Notes: generated by a model not told the origin, from the letters alone. 64,000 nucleotides of DNA from Betaproteobacteria bacterium (GCA_028292405.1 JAQGMJ010000030.1:34039-98038); one strand, 5' to 3'; shown: positions 19,411-29,783, numbered from the stretch's first letter. Made by a program: numbers and translations.

Positions 19411-20382
19411 ATGACCAATCGCCGCAACTTTTTGCTGGCCGCCGGCGCAAGCGCGGGCGCCGCGGCCTTCAGCCTGCCGGCGCGCGCCCAGGCCTATCCT
19501 GCGCGCCCCGTCACCCTGTATTGCCCCTGGCCGGCGGGCGGTACCACCGACGTGGTGATGCGCACTTTTGCCGAGAGCGCGGGCCACAACCTCGGCCAGG
19601 CGGTGGTGATCGAAAATCGTCCCGGCGCCGGCGGAACGCTGGGCGCCATCGCCCTGACCCAGGCGCGGCCGGACGGCTACACGCTGTCGCAAATTCCCCT
19701 GGGCGTGTTCCGCCTGCCGCACATGCAAAAGGTGCAGTTCGATCCGCTGCGCGATTTCACCTATATCGCCTGCCTCACCGGCTATACCTTCGGCCTGGTG
19801 GTACCTGCCGATTCGCCGGTGAAAAGCATCAAGGAACTGGTGGAGTATGCGAAAGCCAACCCGGAGAAATTCACCTATGGCTCGACGGGCACCGGCACCA
19901 CCCCGCATCTGGTGATGGAGGAGTTCGCCGCCCAGGCCGGCATCAAGCTGACCCACGTTCCCTACAAGGGCACCGCCGACGGCCTGCAGGCGGTGATGGG
20001 CGGCCACGTCATGGCCCATAGCGACGCCACCGGCTGGGGGCCGCAGGTCGACGCCGGCCGTTTGCGCCTGCTCGCCACCTACGGCAGCAAGCGCACCAAG
20101 CGCTGGCCGAACGTGCCGACGCTGAAGGACGCGGGCTACAACACGGTGTCCGACTCGCCCTTCGGCATCGGCGGCCCGCGCGGCATGGAGCCGGCGGTGG
20201 TCAGGCGCATCCAGGACGCCTTCAAGGCGACGCTGGACGACCCGAAGGTGCTGCAGATGCTCGACAAGTACGACCAGCCGGTGATCTACCTCGACAGCGA
20301 GGGCTACACCAGGTTCGCCCGCGATACCTACGCGGCGGAAAAGGCGACCATCGACCGGCTCGGTCTGGCGAAACAGGCCTGA
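19411..20382 (+). CDS. Bug family (TctC-like) tripartite tricarboxylate transporter substrate-binding protein
   Basis: The ATG at 19411 follows the RBS aaggagg. Twin-arginine signal MTNRRNFLLAAG..ARA, then YPARPVTLYCPWPAGGTTD, which is typical of Bug proteins. Confidence 0.85.
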   Translation: MTNRRNFLLAAGASAGAAAFSLPARAQAYPARPVTLYCPWPAGGTTDVVMRTFAESAGHNLGQAVVIENRPGAGGTLGAIALTQARPDGYTLSQIPLGVFRLPHMQKVQFDPLRDFTYIACLTGYTFGLVVPADSPVKSIKELVEYAKANPEKFTYGSTGTGTTPHLVMEEFAAQAGIKLTHVPYKGTADGLQAVMGGHVMAHSDATGWGPQVDAGRLRLLATYGSKRTKRWPNVPTLKDAGYNTVSDSPFGIGGPRGMEPAVVRRIQDAFKATLDDPKVLQMLDKYDQPVIYLDSEGYTRFARDTYAAEKATIDRLGLAKQA

Positions 20383-20389
20383 ATAACGC

Positions 20390-20836
20390 ATGCGCGAGGA
20401 CTACGCCTTCTTTCACTCCCTGCGCGTGCGCTGGGCCGAGGTCGACCGCCAGGATGTGGTGTTCAACGGCAACTACCTGCTGTATTTCGATGTCGCCATC
20501 ACCGAATACTGGCGCGCGCTGATTGCCGGGCAGGAGGCGAAGGTCAAGGAGCAGATGGCGGGGTGGATGCAAAGCCTCTACGTCGTCAAGGCCGGCGTCG
20601 AATATCACGCCTCGGCGCATTTCGATGACGAGCTGGAGATCGGCATGCGCCTGACGAAGATCGGGCGCTCGAGCATGCGCTTTGTGCCGGAGATTTACTG
20701 CGGCGCCGAGCACCTGGTCACCGGTGAATTGATCTACGTCTACAAGGACCCCGAGAGCGGCGCGCCGGCGCCGGTGCCGCAGGAGTTGCGTGCGCTGATG
20801 CTGGGGTTCGAGAAGATGGCGCCCGAAGGCACCTAG
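20390..20836 (+). CDS. Acyl-CoA thioesterase, hotdog fold (YbgC/FadM-like)
   Basis: 148 aa. HSLRVRWAEVDRQDVVFNGNYLLYF is the 4HBT-type N-terminal motif. Confidence 0.75.
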   Translation: MREDYAFFHSLRVRWAEVDRQDVVFNGNYLLYFDVAITEYWRALIAGQEAKVKEQMAGWMQSLYVVKAGVEYHASAHFDDELEIGMRLTKIGRSSMRFVPEIYCGAEHLVTGELIYVYKDPESGAPAPVPQELRALMLGFEKMAPEGT

Positions 20837-20849
20837 GGCAGCCGCGGCA

Positions 20850-21740
20850 TCAGGCCAGTGCGCCGCCGTACAGGCGCTCCAGCACCTTCAGCGGCGAGCG
20901 CTCCGGGTAATAGAGCGCGGCGATCGGCAGGTGCAGGGTCTGCTCCATCATGAACTGGCCGGAGAGCGCGGCGTGCGCGGTCTGGTCGGAAAAGCAGATC
21001 CAGGTCGAGCCCGGCGGAAAGCCGAAAGTCAGGTGCGAGGCGCGGCTCTGATAACCGACGTCCTGCTTCATCGCGTCATGCATGCGCAGCATGTAGTGGT
21101 CGTATTTGCTGCGATGCGACTTGGTGATGCGCAGTGCTTTCAGCACATGGCCTGCGCCCGGCGTCTGCGGCGGTATGCGGTGCAGGAACTCGGCGGCGGT
21201 CTGCTCGAACAGGTCGCCGACTTTCCACACGCGCTTCTCGTCGCCGGGATGAACGTTGGTGAACACCCGCAAGATGCGCTCTCCGCGATTCGGCCGCGAA
21301 GGGAATGAATCGACATGCAGCAGCGTGTCGTCCTTGCGCCAGGAGAGCTTGCGGCTCTCGACATTGCCCGGGCGAAAGCTGGTGGGCGCGATGCGCAGGT
21401 GCGCGGCATAGCCGGGAAACAGGCTGCGGATCAGCGCCAGCGCGTCGGCCTGGAAGCGGCCGATCATCGCCGCCAGGCCGGCCAGTTCCACCGGGCTTCC
21501 CTGCGCGCCGCGCACGCCGCCGGTGTCGGCCGCGCGCACCGGCTCATAGCTCACGCTCTTGTGGGTGCCGGAAAGCCAGCGCGGGTCGAGGAAGGGCTGC
21601 TCGGAAGGCTGCAGTGGAAAGCGTAACGCCGGCAGGTAGAGCACCTTGCCGAGTTCGAGTTCGCCGGCCAGGCGGCGCGACTCTTCTTCCGCAGGCGCGG
21701 GAGACCAGCCGGTGTAGGGGAGTTCGACGATGCGGTACAT
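20850..21740 (-). CDS. Kdo hydroxylase (KdoO)-like Fe(II)/2-oxoglutarate dioxygenase family protein
   Basis: The start at 21740 (MYRIVELPYTGW...) avoids overlap with the upstream synthetase. ELELGKVLYLPALRFPL and the length (~297 aa) match my recollection of KdoO family proteins. This is not verified. Confidence 0.55.
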   Translation of the reverse strand: MYRIVELPYTGWSPAPAEEESRRLAGELELGKVLYLPALRFPLQPSEQPFLDPRWLSGTHKSVSYEPVRAADTGGVRGAQGSPVELAGLAAMIGRFQADALALIRSLFPGYAAHLRIAPTSFRPGNVESRKLSWRKDDTLLHVDSFPSRPNRGERILRVFTNVHPGDEKRVWKVGDLFEQTAAEFLHRIPPQTPGAGHVLKALRITKSHRSKYDHYMLRMHDAMKQDVGYQSRASHLTFGFPPGSTWICFSDQTAHAALSGQFMMEQTLHLPIAALYYPERSPLKVLERLYGGALA

Positions 21741-21774
21741 GGTTCGATGCACTTGCGCAGAGTGCGCGGGCCGG

Positions 21775-23457
21775 TCAGGCGGCCTTGGCCGTGCGCGCGT
21801 TTTCCTTCTCCTGCAATAGACGCCATTGTACTTTGCCGGTTCCCGATTTCGGCAGTGCATCGACGAATTCGACGATGCGCGGATACTTGTAGGCGGCCAT
21901 GTGTTCCCTCGACCAGGCGACGATGTCCTCGGCGCGCGCCTTGCCGCGCGCATGCGCGCGCAGCACCACATAGGCCTTGACGGTCTCGCCGCGATGGGCG
22001 TCGCTGCTGGCGATGACGCAGGCTTCCTGAATGTCGGGATGGGCGTAGAGCATGGCTTCGATCTCGGCGGGCCAGACCTTGAAGCCGGAGGCGTTGATCA
22101 TGCGTTTCAAGCGGTCGACCATGAAAAAATAGCCGTCCTCGTCGATGCGCGCCAGGTCGCCGGTGCGAAAGAAGGTCTTGCCATCGAGCTCGATGAAGGA
22201 CTCGCGGGTTTTTGCTTCATCGTTCCAGTAGCCCTTGAATACGCCAGGGCCGCTGGTGATGATTTCGCCGACTTCGCCGGGCGGGAGTTCTTCCAGCGTA
22301 TCCGGGTGGACGATGCGCGAATCGGTATTGCAGATCGGGATACCCAGGCATTGGCGCTTGGGATGTTCCGGCGGGTTGATGTGCGAGGGGGCGATGGTCT
22401 CCGACAGGCCGTAGCCTTCGAGGTAGTCGAGGCCCGTCAGTTCCTTGAACTTTTTCGCCACCGCGTCTGGCATCGAGGCGCCGCCGCCGCTAACGCGGCT
22501 CAGGCTGGAGATGTCGTAATCCACGAGCTTCGGGTTGGCGAGGAAGTCCACCAGCATGGTGGTGATGTTGCTCCAGTTGTTGACCTTGTAGCGGGCGATC
22601 AGCATGCCCGCCACGTCGCGGTCCCAGCGCGGTAGCACGACGATGGTGAGGCCGCCGTAGATCGGCGTGTTCATCGACGACTGCATCGCGGTGACGTGAA
22701 ACAGGGGCAGGGTGCACAGCGCCACCTGGTCGGCGCAAAGGCCGCCGTACCACTGGGTCTGCACCATCAGCGTGTGCATCACCGTGGCGTGGGTATGGAT
22801 GCAGCCCTTGGGCAGGCCGGTGGTGCCGGAGGTGTAGGGCATCACGCAGAGGTCGTCAGGCCCGGCTTGCGCGGAGGCGGGGGTGCGGCCGGTGCCGAGG
22901 GCGTCCTCCCAGGTCACCGTGCCTGGTGCGCTGATGCGTGCGGCGGAGACGAAGTCGGGCACCGCGAGGTCGGTGGGCGCACGCAAGTAGTCGGCATAGG
23001 TGGCAACGATCACGTGGCTGAGGGTGCCCTCGCCTTGCAGCTCGGCCAGGCGCGGCAGCAGATCCTGCGCGGCGAAAATGGCGCGGGCGCCGCTGTCGGT
23101 GACGAGGTGGCGCACTTCTTCGGCAGTCAGCATGGCGTTGATCGGCACCACCATCGCATCGGCGCGCAGGATGGCGTAGTAGGCCATGATGAACTGCGGC
23201 GAGTTCTGCATGTACACCGCGACGCGGTCACCGCGCTTGATACCGCAGTTCTGCTGCAGGTAGCCGGCGAGCTGGTCGACGGTGTCGCGCAGTTCGGCGT
23301 AGCTGATGTGGGTATCGTAGAACAGCAGCGCTGTCTTGTCCGGGTAACGCGCGGCCGACACGTCGAGGTTATAGGAAAGGCTAGTGCGCGGACGGCTGAT
23401 ATCGTGCGGCAGGTTCTTCGGCCAGAAGCGATAGTGCGGTGGCTGGCGTGCGCTCAT
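21775..23457 (-). CDS. Long-chain/medium-chain fatty-acid--CoA ligase (AMP-binding enzyme)
   Basis: 560 aa with the AMP-binding motif [11 protein letters not shown] and a C-terminal GTGKVQWR. Confidence 0.9.
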   Translation of the reverse strand: MSARQPPHYRFWPKNLPHDISRPRTSLSYNLDVSAARYPDKTALLFYDTHISYAELRDTVDQLAGYLQQNCGIKRGDRVAVYMQNSPQFIMAYYAILRADAMVVPINAMLTAEEVRHLVTDSGARAIFAAQDLLPRLAELQGEGTLSHVIVATYADYLRAPTDLAVPDFVSAARISAPGTVTWEDALGTGRTPASAQAGPDDLCVMPYTSGTTGLPKGCIHTHATVMHTLMVQTQWYGGLCADQVALCTLPLFHVTAMQSSMNTPIYGGLTIVVLPRWDRDVAGMLIARYKVNNWSNITTMLVDFLANPKLVDYDISSLSRVSGGGASMPDAVAKKFKELTGLDYLEGYGLSETIAPSHINPPEHPKRQCLGIPICNTDSRIVHPDTLEELPPGEVGEIITSGPGVFKGYWNDEAKTRESFIELDGKTFFRTGDLARIDEDGYFFMVDRLKRMINASGFKVWPAEIEAMLYAHPDIQEACVIASSDAHRGETVKAYVVLRAHARGKARAEDIVAWSREHMAAYKYPRIVEFVDALPKSGTGKVQWRLLQEKENARTAKAA

Positions 23458-23554
23458 TGGCCGTCTCCGATGCCTTGCCGCGCGGAACTATATTTCATTT
23501 TTCGCTCTGACCGTTGCAGTAGAATGCCTCGGCCTGTCTCCTGTTATAGGCGGC

Positions 23555-23570
23555 GCGCAAGCGCTTGCGC
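23555..23570. promoter_or_regulatory. Perfect 16-bp palindrome GCGCAAGCGCTTGCGC, 17 nt upstream of the aldehyde dehydrogenase start
   Basis: Read directly from the sequence. It lies in the divergent region between the acyl-CoA synthetase and the aldehyde dehydrogenase. Confidence 0.3.
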
Positions 23571-23586
23571 ACCCGAGCTACCGACA

Positions 23587-25020
23587 ATGAAAACCTACGA
23601 CAAACTGTACATCAATGGCGCCTGGACCGCATCGTCCGGCGGCAAGGCCATCGACGTGATCAACGCCACCACCGAAGAGGTGATGGGGCGCATTCCCGAG
23701 GGTACCGAGACGGATGCGAACGCGGCCATCGCCGCCGCGCGCGCCGCCTTCGATGCCTGGAGCCAGACAGCGGGGCCTAAGCGCGGCGAATATCTCGCGG
23801 CGATCCAGGCCAAGCTGAAGGAGCGGGCCGAGGAACTGGCGCGCACCATAACCGGCGAAGTCGGCGTGCCGCTGAAAATCGCCCAGCGCGTGATGGTCGC
23901 CAACCCGATCCACACCTTCGGCACCTACGCCAAGCTGGCCGCCGAGTTCGAGTTCGAATCCACCGTCGGCAACTCCGTCATCGTGCGCGAGCCGGTCGGC
24001 GTGGTCGGCGCGATCACGCCGTGGAACTTTCCGCTGCACCAGATCGCGCTGAAGGTGGCCGCGGCGCTGGCCGCCGGCTGCACCGTGGTGCTCAAGCCTT
24101 CCGAAGTTGCGCCGCTGAATGCCTTCATGCTGGCCGAGATCATGGATGAGGTGAAGCTGCCGGCCGGCGTGTTCAACCTGGTTTCCGGCTACGGCCCGGT
24201 GGTGGGCGAGGCGCTGGCGAAGTCGCCGGATGTCGACATGGTCTCCTTCACCGGCTCTACCCGCGCGGGCAAGCGCGTCTCCGAGCTGGCGGCGCAAACG
24301 GTCAAGCGTGTGGCCCTGGAGCTGGGCGGCAAGTCGGCCGCGCTGATCCTCGACGATGCCGACCTCGCCGCCGCCGTCAAGGCCACCGTCAGCTATTGCT
24401 ACCTTAACTCCGGCCAGACCTGCGCCGCCACCACGCGCATGCTGGTGCCGGAGTCCATGTACGAAGAGGCCGCGAAGCTTGCCACCGACGCCGCGCAGGG
24501 CTTCACCGTCGGCGACCCGATGGGCGATGCGCGCCTTGGGCCCCTGATCTCCGACGTGCAGCGCGACCGCGTGCGCAGCTACATCAACAAGGGCATAGCG
24601 GAGGGCGCGCAATTGCTCACCGGCGGCGCGGAGGCTCCCGAAGGCCGGCCCAAGGGCTACTTCGTCAAGCCGACAGTGTTCGGCCGCGTGCAGCCTTCGA
24701 TGACCATTGCCCGCGAAGAAATCTTCGGGCCGGTGCTGTCCATTCTCACCTACAAGGACGAAGCCGACGCCATTCGGATCGCCAACGACTCGGTCTACGG
24801 CCTTGCCGGCACGGTATGGAGCCGCGACGAAGAGCGCGCCAAGCGCGTCGCCCGCCGCATCCGCACCGGCCAGATCGACATCAACGGCGGCCCGTTCAAC
24901 CCGATGGCGCCTTTCGGCGGCTTCAAGCAATCCGGCCGCGGCCGCGAGGGCGGGCTCTACGGGATGGAAGAGTTCCTCGAGTACAAGGCGATGCAGCTGC
25001 GCCCGCCGAAAGCCGCCTGA
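23587..25020 (+). CDS. NAD(P)-dependent aldehyde dehydrogenase
   Basis: The real start is the ATG at 23587 ([13 protein letters not shown]). Motifs [16 protein letters not shown] and NSGQTCAA are present. The first ~297 codons of track ORF 22696..25020 are antisense to the synthetase gene. Confidence 0.9.
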   Translation: MKTYDKLYINGAWTASSGGKAIDVINATTEEVMGRIPEGTETDANAAIAAARAAFDAWSQTAGPKRGEYLAAIQAKLKERAEELARTITGEVGVPLKIAQRVMVANPIHTFGTYAKLAAEFEFESTVGNSVIVREPVGVVGAITPWNFPLHQIALKVAAALAAGCTVVLKPSEVAPLNAFMLAEIMDEVKLPAGVFNLVSGYGPVVGEALAKSPDVDMVSFTGSTRAGKRVSELAAQTVKRVALELGGKSAALILDDADLAAAVKATVSYCYLNSGQTCAATTRMLVPESMYEEAAKLATDAAQGFTVGDPMGDARLGPLISDVQRDRVRSYINKGIAEGAQLLTGGAEAPEGRPKGYFVKPTVFGRVQPSMTIAREEIFGPVLSILTYKDEADAIRIANDSVYGLAGTVWSRDEERAKRVARRIRTGQIDINGGPFNPMAPFGGFKQSGRGREGGLYGMEEFLEYKAMQLRPPKAA

Positions 25021-25030
25021 GACGGCTGGG

Positions 25031-25047
25031 AGTCTGCAGCGCAGACT
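25031..25047. terminator. Stem-loop AGTCTGC-agc-GCAGACT in the 28-bp gap between convergent genes
   Basis: A perfect 7-bp stem read from the sequence. It has no U-tract, so a terminator function is uncertain. Confidence 0.3.
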
Positions 25048-25048
25048 T

Positions 25049-26161
25049 CTAGAATTTGGTGCTGTCCAGGGTACGCATCGCCTGCGTATCGGTGAGGTCG
25101 AGGTCGACGCCGGACTCGTCCAGCGCGGCTTCGCGGAACAGCACCAGCACCAGCACCAGCAGCACCGGGCCGATGATCAAGCCGACGATGCCCATGGTGC
25201 CGACACCGCCGAAAATGCCGAACAGGATGCCGAGGAAGGGCAGCTCGGTGCCGCCGCGGATCAGCACCGGGCGCACCAGGTAGTCGGCCAGCATGACGAT
25301 CAGGGTGCCGACCACGAATACTGCAATGCCCGCCGCCGGGTAGCCCTGGGCGAACAGGAAAAAGCCGATCACCCCCAGCAGCAGCGGCGCCGCCAGCGGG
25401 ATGAAGGCGATCACCGCCGTCGCCACGCCCAGGGTCACCGCCGAAGGCACGCCGCAGGCGTACATCAGGCAGGAGACCAAAATTGCTTCGCCGAAGCCGA
25501 CGATGACGATGCCGTTGACCGCCGCGCGCAGTGCCTCCGGCAACTGGAACACGTAGGAAGGCCAGCGCTTTTCCAGCCACTTGTAGCCGAGCTGGTTCAG
25601 CCAGGCACTGATCGAGCGGCCGTCCTGGTAAAAGAAATACAAAATCCACAGGGCGAAGAACAGGGTCGCCAGGCGCGAGGTGAGGTCGAAGAACACCGTC
25701 TGCGCGGCGTCGCGCAAAATGTCCAGCTGGGTCGCCAGCACGGCCGAGAGCTGCTTGGGCGCTGCCAGGTACTTTTCCCAGGTGTGGATCAGGTAGTCGC
25801 CGCCGAAGGGAACCTTGGAAAACACCGAGGGCACCGCCTTGCCGTAGGTGTCGGCATCGATCAGGTAGGAAGTGGCGGCGTAGATGTCCTGGCTGAGGAA
25901 CACTACCAGCAGGGCCATCGGGCCGACCAGGAACAGCAGCACCACCGCGGTCGAGCAGCCCGCCGCCCAGTGGGCGCGCTTCGGCCCCAGGCGCCGGGTG
26001 ATCGACTCGTGCATCGGCCAGGTGGCTACCGCCAAAATGGCTGCCCACAAAATCGCCAGCATGAAGGGCGAGAGCACGACAAAGGCGCCCAACAAAATGC
26101 CGGCCGAAAACAAAATGCTCACGAGGAGTTTTGCGGGGGGCAAGGTGCGGTCGAACTTCAT
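25049..26161 (-). CDS. AI-2E family transporter (PerM/YhhT-like permease)
   Basis: 370 aa. Polytopic membrane protein with the typical AI-2E arrangement; the N-terminus is ...LLGAFVVLSPFMLAILWAAILAVATWP. Confidence 0.8.
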   Translation of the reverse strand: MKFDRTLPPAKLLVSILFSAGILLGAFVVLSPFMLAILWAAILAVATWPMHESITRRLGPKRAHWAAGCSTAVVLLFLVGPMALLVVFLSQDIYAATSYLIDADTYGKAVPSVFSKVPFGGDYLIHTWEKYLAAPKQLSAVLATQLDILRDAAQTVFFDLTSRLATLFFALWILYFFYQDGRSISAWLNQLGYKWLEKRWPSYVFQLPEALRAAVNGIVIVGFGEAILVSCLMYACGVPSAVTLGVATAVIAFIPLAAPLLLGVIGFFLFAQGYPAAGIAVFVVGTLIVMLADYLVRPVLIRGGTELPFLGILFGIFGGVGTMGIVGLIIGPVLLVLVLVLFREAALDESGVDLDLTDTQAMRTLDSTKF

Positions 26162-26336
26162 GGTAGTGGGTGCGGCGGGAGGCGGGCCGGAAGGCCTGGT
26201 GAGCTATGAAGGCGCGCCGGCGCGGGGCAGGTGCATCATGGGCGCAATTGTATGCGGCCCCCCGCGCGCTGGATATAGCGCGATTGGATTACGCCCAATT
26301 TTTCACTCACAGATGCAACACGCCTGCAACAATTCC

Positions 26337-27152
26337 TCAGGCGCGCAGGCGCAGCGAAGTGTTGATGCGCTCGGCCGCCGCCTGCAGGCGCGGCAGCATC
26401 TTGCGCGTCATCTGCGCCAGTGAAACACGGCTGGCATTGCCGGAGATGTTCATCGCCGCGATTACGTTGCCGGCGCGGTCGGTCAGCGGCACCGCCACCG
26501 AACAGAGTCCTTCTTCCAGTTCCTGGCTCACCGCCGCGTAGCCCTGGGTGCGTGCCAGGGCGATGGCTTTTTTCAGCTCACCTGGGTCCGTCACCGTGTG
26601 GCGGGTATGGGCGCGGATCTCGCAACTGGAGAGGATGGTGTCGACCCGCGCCTCCGGCAAGCCGGAGAGCAGCACCCGGCCCATCGAAGTGCACCAGCTC
26701 GGCAGGCGCGAGCCTATCCCTAAGTTGATGCTCATGATCTTGGAAGTCGGCACGCGCAGGATGTAGACCATCTCGTTGCCGTCGAGCACGGCGATGGAGC
26801 AGGACTCGTGCACCTCGGCCACCAGCTCTTCCATGATCGGCTCGGCCAGGTTCCACAGCGGCGTGGTAGAGAGATAGGCGTAGCCCAGGTCGAGGGTGCG
26901 CGCGGTCAGGCGGAACAGGCGGCCTTCCTGGTAGACATAGCCCAGTTGGGCGAGGGTCAGCAGGATGCGCCGCGCGCCGGCGCGGTCCAGCCCCGTGCGG
27001 GCGGCGACTTCGGTAAGCGTCTGCGCCGGCGCTTCGGCGGTAAAGGCGCGGATGACGCCGAGGCCGCGGGCAAAGGATTGCACATAGCTGTCGCTGGGCG
27101 GCGGCTTCACCGGCTTCAACTTCGTTGCGTGCAATGCAGCATCCAGGGCCAC
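26337..27152 (-). CDS. IclR family transcriptional regulator (PcaR/PobR-like)
   Basis: The GTG at 27152 is preceded by the RBS aaggagaa. YVQSFARGLGVIRAF and LTEVAARTGLDRAGARRILLTL form the IclR helix-turn-helix. It is divergent from an aromatic-catabolism operon. Confidence 0.85.
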   Translation of the reverse strand: MALDAALHATKLKPVKPPPSDSYVQSFARGLGVIRAFTAEAPAQTLTEVAARTGLDRAGARRILLTLAQLGYVYQEGRLFRLTARTLDLGYAYLSTTPLWNLAEPIMEELVAEVHESCSIAVLDGNEMVYILRVPTSKIMSINLGIGSRLPSWCTSMGRVLLSGLPEARVDTILSSCEIRAHTRHTVTDPGELKKAIALARTQGYAAVSQELEEGLCSVAVPLTDRAGNVIAAMNISGNASRVSLAQMTRKMLPRLQAAAERINTSLRLRA

Positions 27153-27181
27153 GTTATTCTCCTTTGTCCTTGATTTGCTTG

Positions 27182-27217
27182 TTGTTCTTATATAGAACAA
27201 GTATTTGTTTGACAAAC
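27182..27217. promoter_or_regulatory. Two palindromes in the IclR/maleylacetate-reductase divergent promoter: TTGTTC-N7-GAACAA and GTTTGaCAAAC
   Basis: Read directly from an AT-rich 157-bp intergenic region. They are candidate operators for the adjacent IclR regulator. Confidence 0.4.
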
Positions 27218-27309
27218 TTTTGCGGATTATGGATGCTCGCGCCCCACAACACAAGCACCGCGCCGTGGCTATCCGCCACTGAGGTGCAGCCGCTGAACGG
27301 ACCTCCGCC

Positions 27310-28371
27310 ATGCACGATTTCATTTACACCTCCCATCCCTCTCGTGTGGTGTTCGGCGCGGGCAGCCTGAACCACCTGGAACGCGAAATCATCCAGCTCG
27401 GCGCCAAGCGTGCGCTGGTGCTTTCCACGCCCGAGCAGGCGGCGCAGGCCGAAGCCATCGCCAAGCGACTGGGCGAGCGCTGCGCAGGCGTGTTCGCCAA
27501 AGCCGTGATGCACGTGCCGATCGAAACCGCGCGCCTGGCGCGTGAAGAAGCCGCGCGGGTCGGGGCCGATTGCGCGGTGGCCATTGGCGGCGGCTCGACC
27601 ACGGGGCTGGGCAAGGCGATTGCGCTGGAGTCCAGCCTGCCCATCCTCGCCATTCCGACTACCTATGCCGGCTCTGAGATGACCACCATCTACGGCATCA
27701 CGGAAGGCGGGCTGAAAAAGACCGGGCGCGACGCCAGGGTGTTGCCCAAAACGGTGATCTACGATCCCGAACTCACGCTCTCCCTGCCCGTCGGCCTTTC
27801 CGCCACCAGCGGCATGAACGCGATCGCCCATGCGGTCGAGGCGCTGTACGCAGTGGACGGCAACCCGATTATTTCGATGATCGCCGAAGAAGGTATACGC
27901 GCTTTGGCGCGCGGCCTGCCGGCGGTCGTCGCCGCGCCTGCCGACATCAAGGCGCGCTCCGATGCGCTGTACGGCGCCTGGCTGTGCGGCGTGGCGCTCA
28001 ACGGTTCGGCGATGGCCCTGCACCACAAGCTGTGCCACACCTTGGGCGGCAGCTTCAACCTGCCGCACGCCGAGACCCACACCATCGTGCTGCCGCACGC
28101 CACTGCCTACAACGCCAAGTCCGCCCCCGAGGCGATGGCGCGCATCGCGCGCGCCCTCGGCGCCACCGACGCGGCCCAGGGCTTGTACGCGCTGGAGCAA
28201 AAGCTCGGCACGCCGCTGGCGCTGAAAGACCTGGGCATGCCGGAGTCCGGCCTGGACCGCGTGGCCGACCTGGCGGTGGCCAATCCTTATCCCAACCCTG
28301 CGCCGCTGGAACGCGCGGCGATCCGCCGTTTGCTCGATAATGCATGGCACGGCAGGGCGCCCGCGGCCTGA
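27310..28371 (+). CDS. Maleylacetate reductase (iron-containing alcohol dehydrogenase family)
   Basis: 353 aa. The N-terminus FIYTSHPSRVVFGAGS and the Fe-ADH-type body fit the family. It sits with pcaIJ and hydroxyquinol dioxygenase. Confidence 0.8.
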   Translation: MHDFIYTSHPSRVVFGAGSLNHLEREIIQLGAKRALVLSTPEQAAQAEAIAKRLGERCAGVFAKAVMHVPIETARLAREEAARVGADCAVAIGGGSTTGLGKAIALESSLPILAIPTTYAGSEMTTIYGITEGGLKKTGRDARVLPKTVIYDPELTLSLPVGLSATSGMNAIAHAVEALYAVDGNPIISMIAEEGIRALARGLPAVVAAPADIKARSDALYGAWLCGVALNGSAMALHHKLCHTLGGSFNLPHAETHTIVLPHATAYNAKSAPEAMARIARALGATDAAQGLYALEQKLGTPLALKDLGMPESGLDRVADLAVANPYPNPAPLERAAIRRLLDNAWHGRAPAA

Positions 28372-28419
28372 TCGCAAGGCGCTCCTGCTCTTCTTCCCAA
28401 CACGTTTCAAGACCACCTC

Positions 28420-29109
28420 ATGATCAACAAAATCGTCAATTCCATCGCCGAGTCGCTGGCCGACGTCAAGGACGGTTCCACCGTCCTGATCGGCGGCTTC
28501 GGCGGCGCCGGCATGCCCAACGAGCTGATCGACGGCCTGATCGCCCAGGGCGCCCGCGAACTCACCGTGGTCAACAACAACGCCGGCAATGGCGAAGTGG
28601 GCCTGGCTGCGCTGCTGCGCGAAGGCCGGGTGCGCAAGCTGATCTGCTCCTTTCCGCGCCAGGCCGACGCGCATCACTTCGAAAGCCTGTATCGCGCCGG
28701 CAAGGTCGAGCTCGAGCTGGTGCCGCAGGGCAACCTGGCCGAGCGCATGCGCGCCGCCGGCGCCGGCATCGGCGCCTTCTTTTGCCCGACGGCCTATGGC
28801 ACCGACCTCGCCAAGGGCAAGGAAACCCGCGAGATCAACGGCAAGCACTATGTGCTCGAATACCCGATCCACGGCGACGTCGCGCTGATCAAGGCGGAGA
28901 AGGGCGACCGGTGGGGCAACCTGGTCTATCACAAGGCCGCACGCAATTTCGGGCCGGTGATCGCCGCCGCCGCCAAGTGCGCGGTTGCCCAGGTGTATGA
29001 GACGGTCGATCTCGGCAATCTCGACCCGGAAAACATCGTCACTCCGGGCATTTTCGTCCAGCGCGTCGTGAAGGTTGCACGCGAACAAGCACTGAAGGAG
29101 GCCGCATGA
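28420..29109 (+). CDS. pcaI: 3-oxoadipate CoA-transferase subunit A
   Basis: 229 aa with IGGFGGAGMPNELI and the family I CoA-transferase alpha pattern. Confidence 0.9.
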   Translation: MINKIVNSIAESLADVKDGSTVLIGGFGGAGMPNELIDGLIAQGARELTVVNNNAGNGEVGLAALLREGRVRKLICSFPRQADAHHFESLYRAGKVELELVPQGNLAERMRAAGAGIGAFFCPTAYGTDLAKGKETREINGKHYVLEYPIHGDVALIKAEKGDRWGNLVYHKAARNFGPVIAAAAKCAVAQVYETVDLGNLDPENIVTPGIFVQRVVKVAREQALKEAA

Positions 29110-29783
29110 GCGCCATCCCCGAAGTAAAACCCGCGAAGTCATACAAACCCCGCAGCCGCGACGTCATCGCCGCGCGGGTTGCCGCCGACATTCCCGAAGG
29201 CGCCTACGTCAATCTGGGCATCGGCCTGCCGGTGATGGTCGGCAACCACCTGCCGCCGGGCAAGGAAATCTTCCTGCACAGCGAAAACGGCATCCTCGGC
29301 ATGGGCCCGGCCCCGACCAAGGGTGAGGAGGACTGGGACCTGATCAACGCCGGCAAGCAGCCGGTGACGCTGTTGACCGGCGGTTCGTACTTTCACCATG
29401 CCGACTCGTTTTCGATGATGCGCGGCGGCCACCTCGACATTTGCGTGCTCGGCGCCTTCCAGGTGTCGGTCACCGGCGACCTGGCGAACTGGCACACCGG
29501 CGCGCCGGATGCGATTCCGGCGGTGGGCGGCGCGATGGACCTGGCCGTGGGCGCGAAAAAGGTCTACGTCATGATGGAGCACCTGACCAAGACCGGCGAA
29601 TCCAAGCTGGTCAAGGCCTGCACCTACCCGCTCACCGGCGTCGGCGTGGTCAGCCGCGTTTATACCGACCTTGCCACCATCGACATCACGCCCGAGGGCC
29701 TGGCGGCGGTGGATATCGTTGAGGGCCTGAGCATCGAGGAACTCTCCCGGCTTACCGGCCTGCCGGTGCGTGCGCCGAAGTAG
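29106..29783 (+). CDS. pcaJ: 3-oxoadipate CoA-transferase subunit B
   Basis: 225 aa with the catalytic-Glu motif SENGILGMGP. There is an ATGA overlap with pcaI. Confidence 0.9.
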   Translation: MSAIPEVKPAKSYKPRSRDVIAARVAADIPEGAYVNLGIGLPVMVGNHLPPGKEIFLHSENGILGMGPAPTKGEEDWDLINAGKQPVTLLTGGSYFHHADSFSMMRGGHLDICVLGAFQVSVTGDLANWHTGAPDAIPAVGGAMDLAVGAKKVYVMMEHLTKTGESKLVKACTYPLTGVGVVSRVYTDLATIDITPEGLAAVDIVEGLSIEELSRLTGLPVRAPK

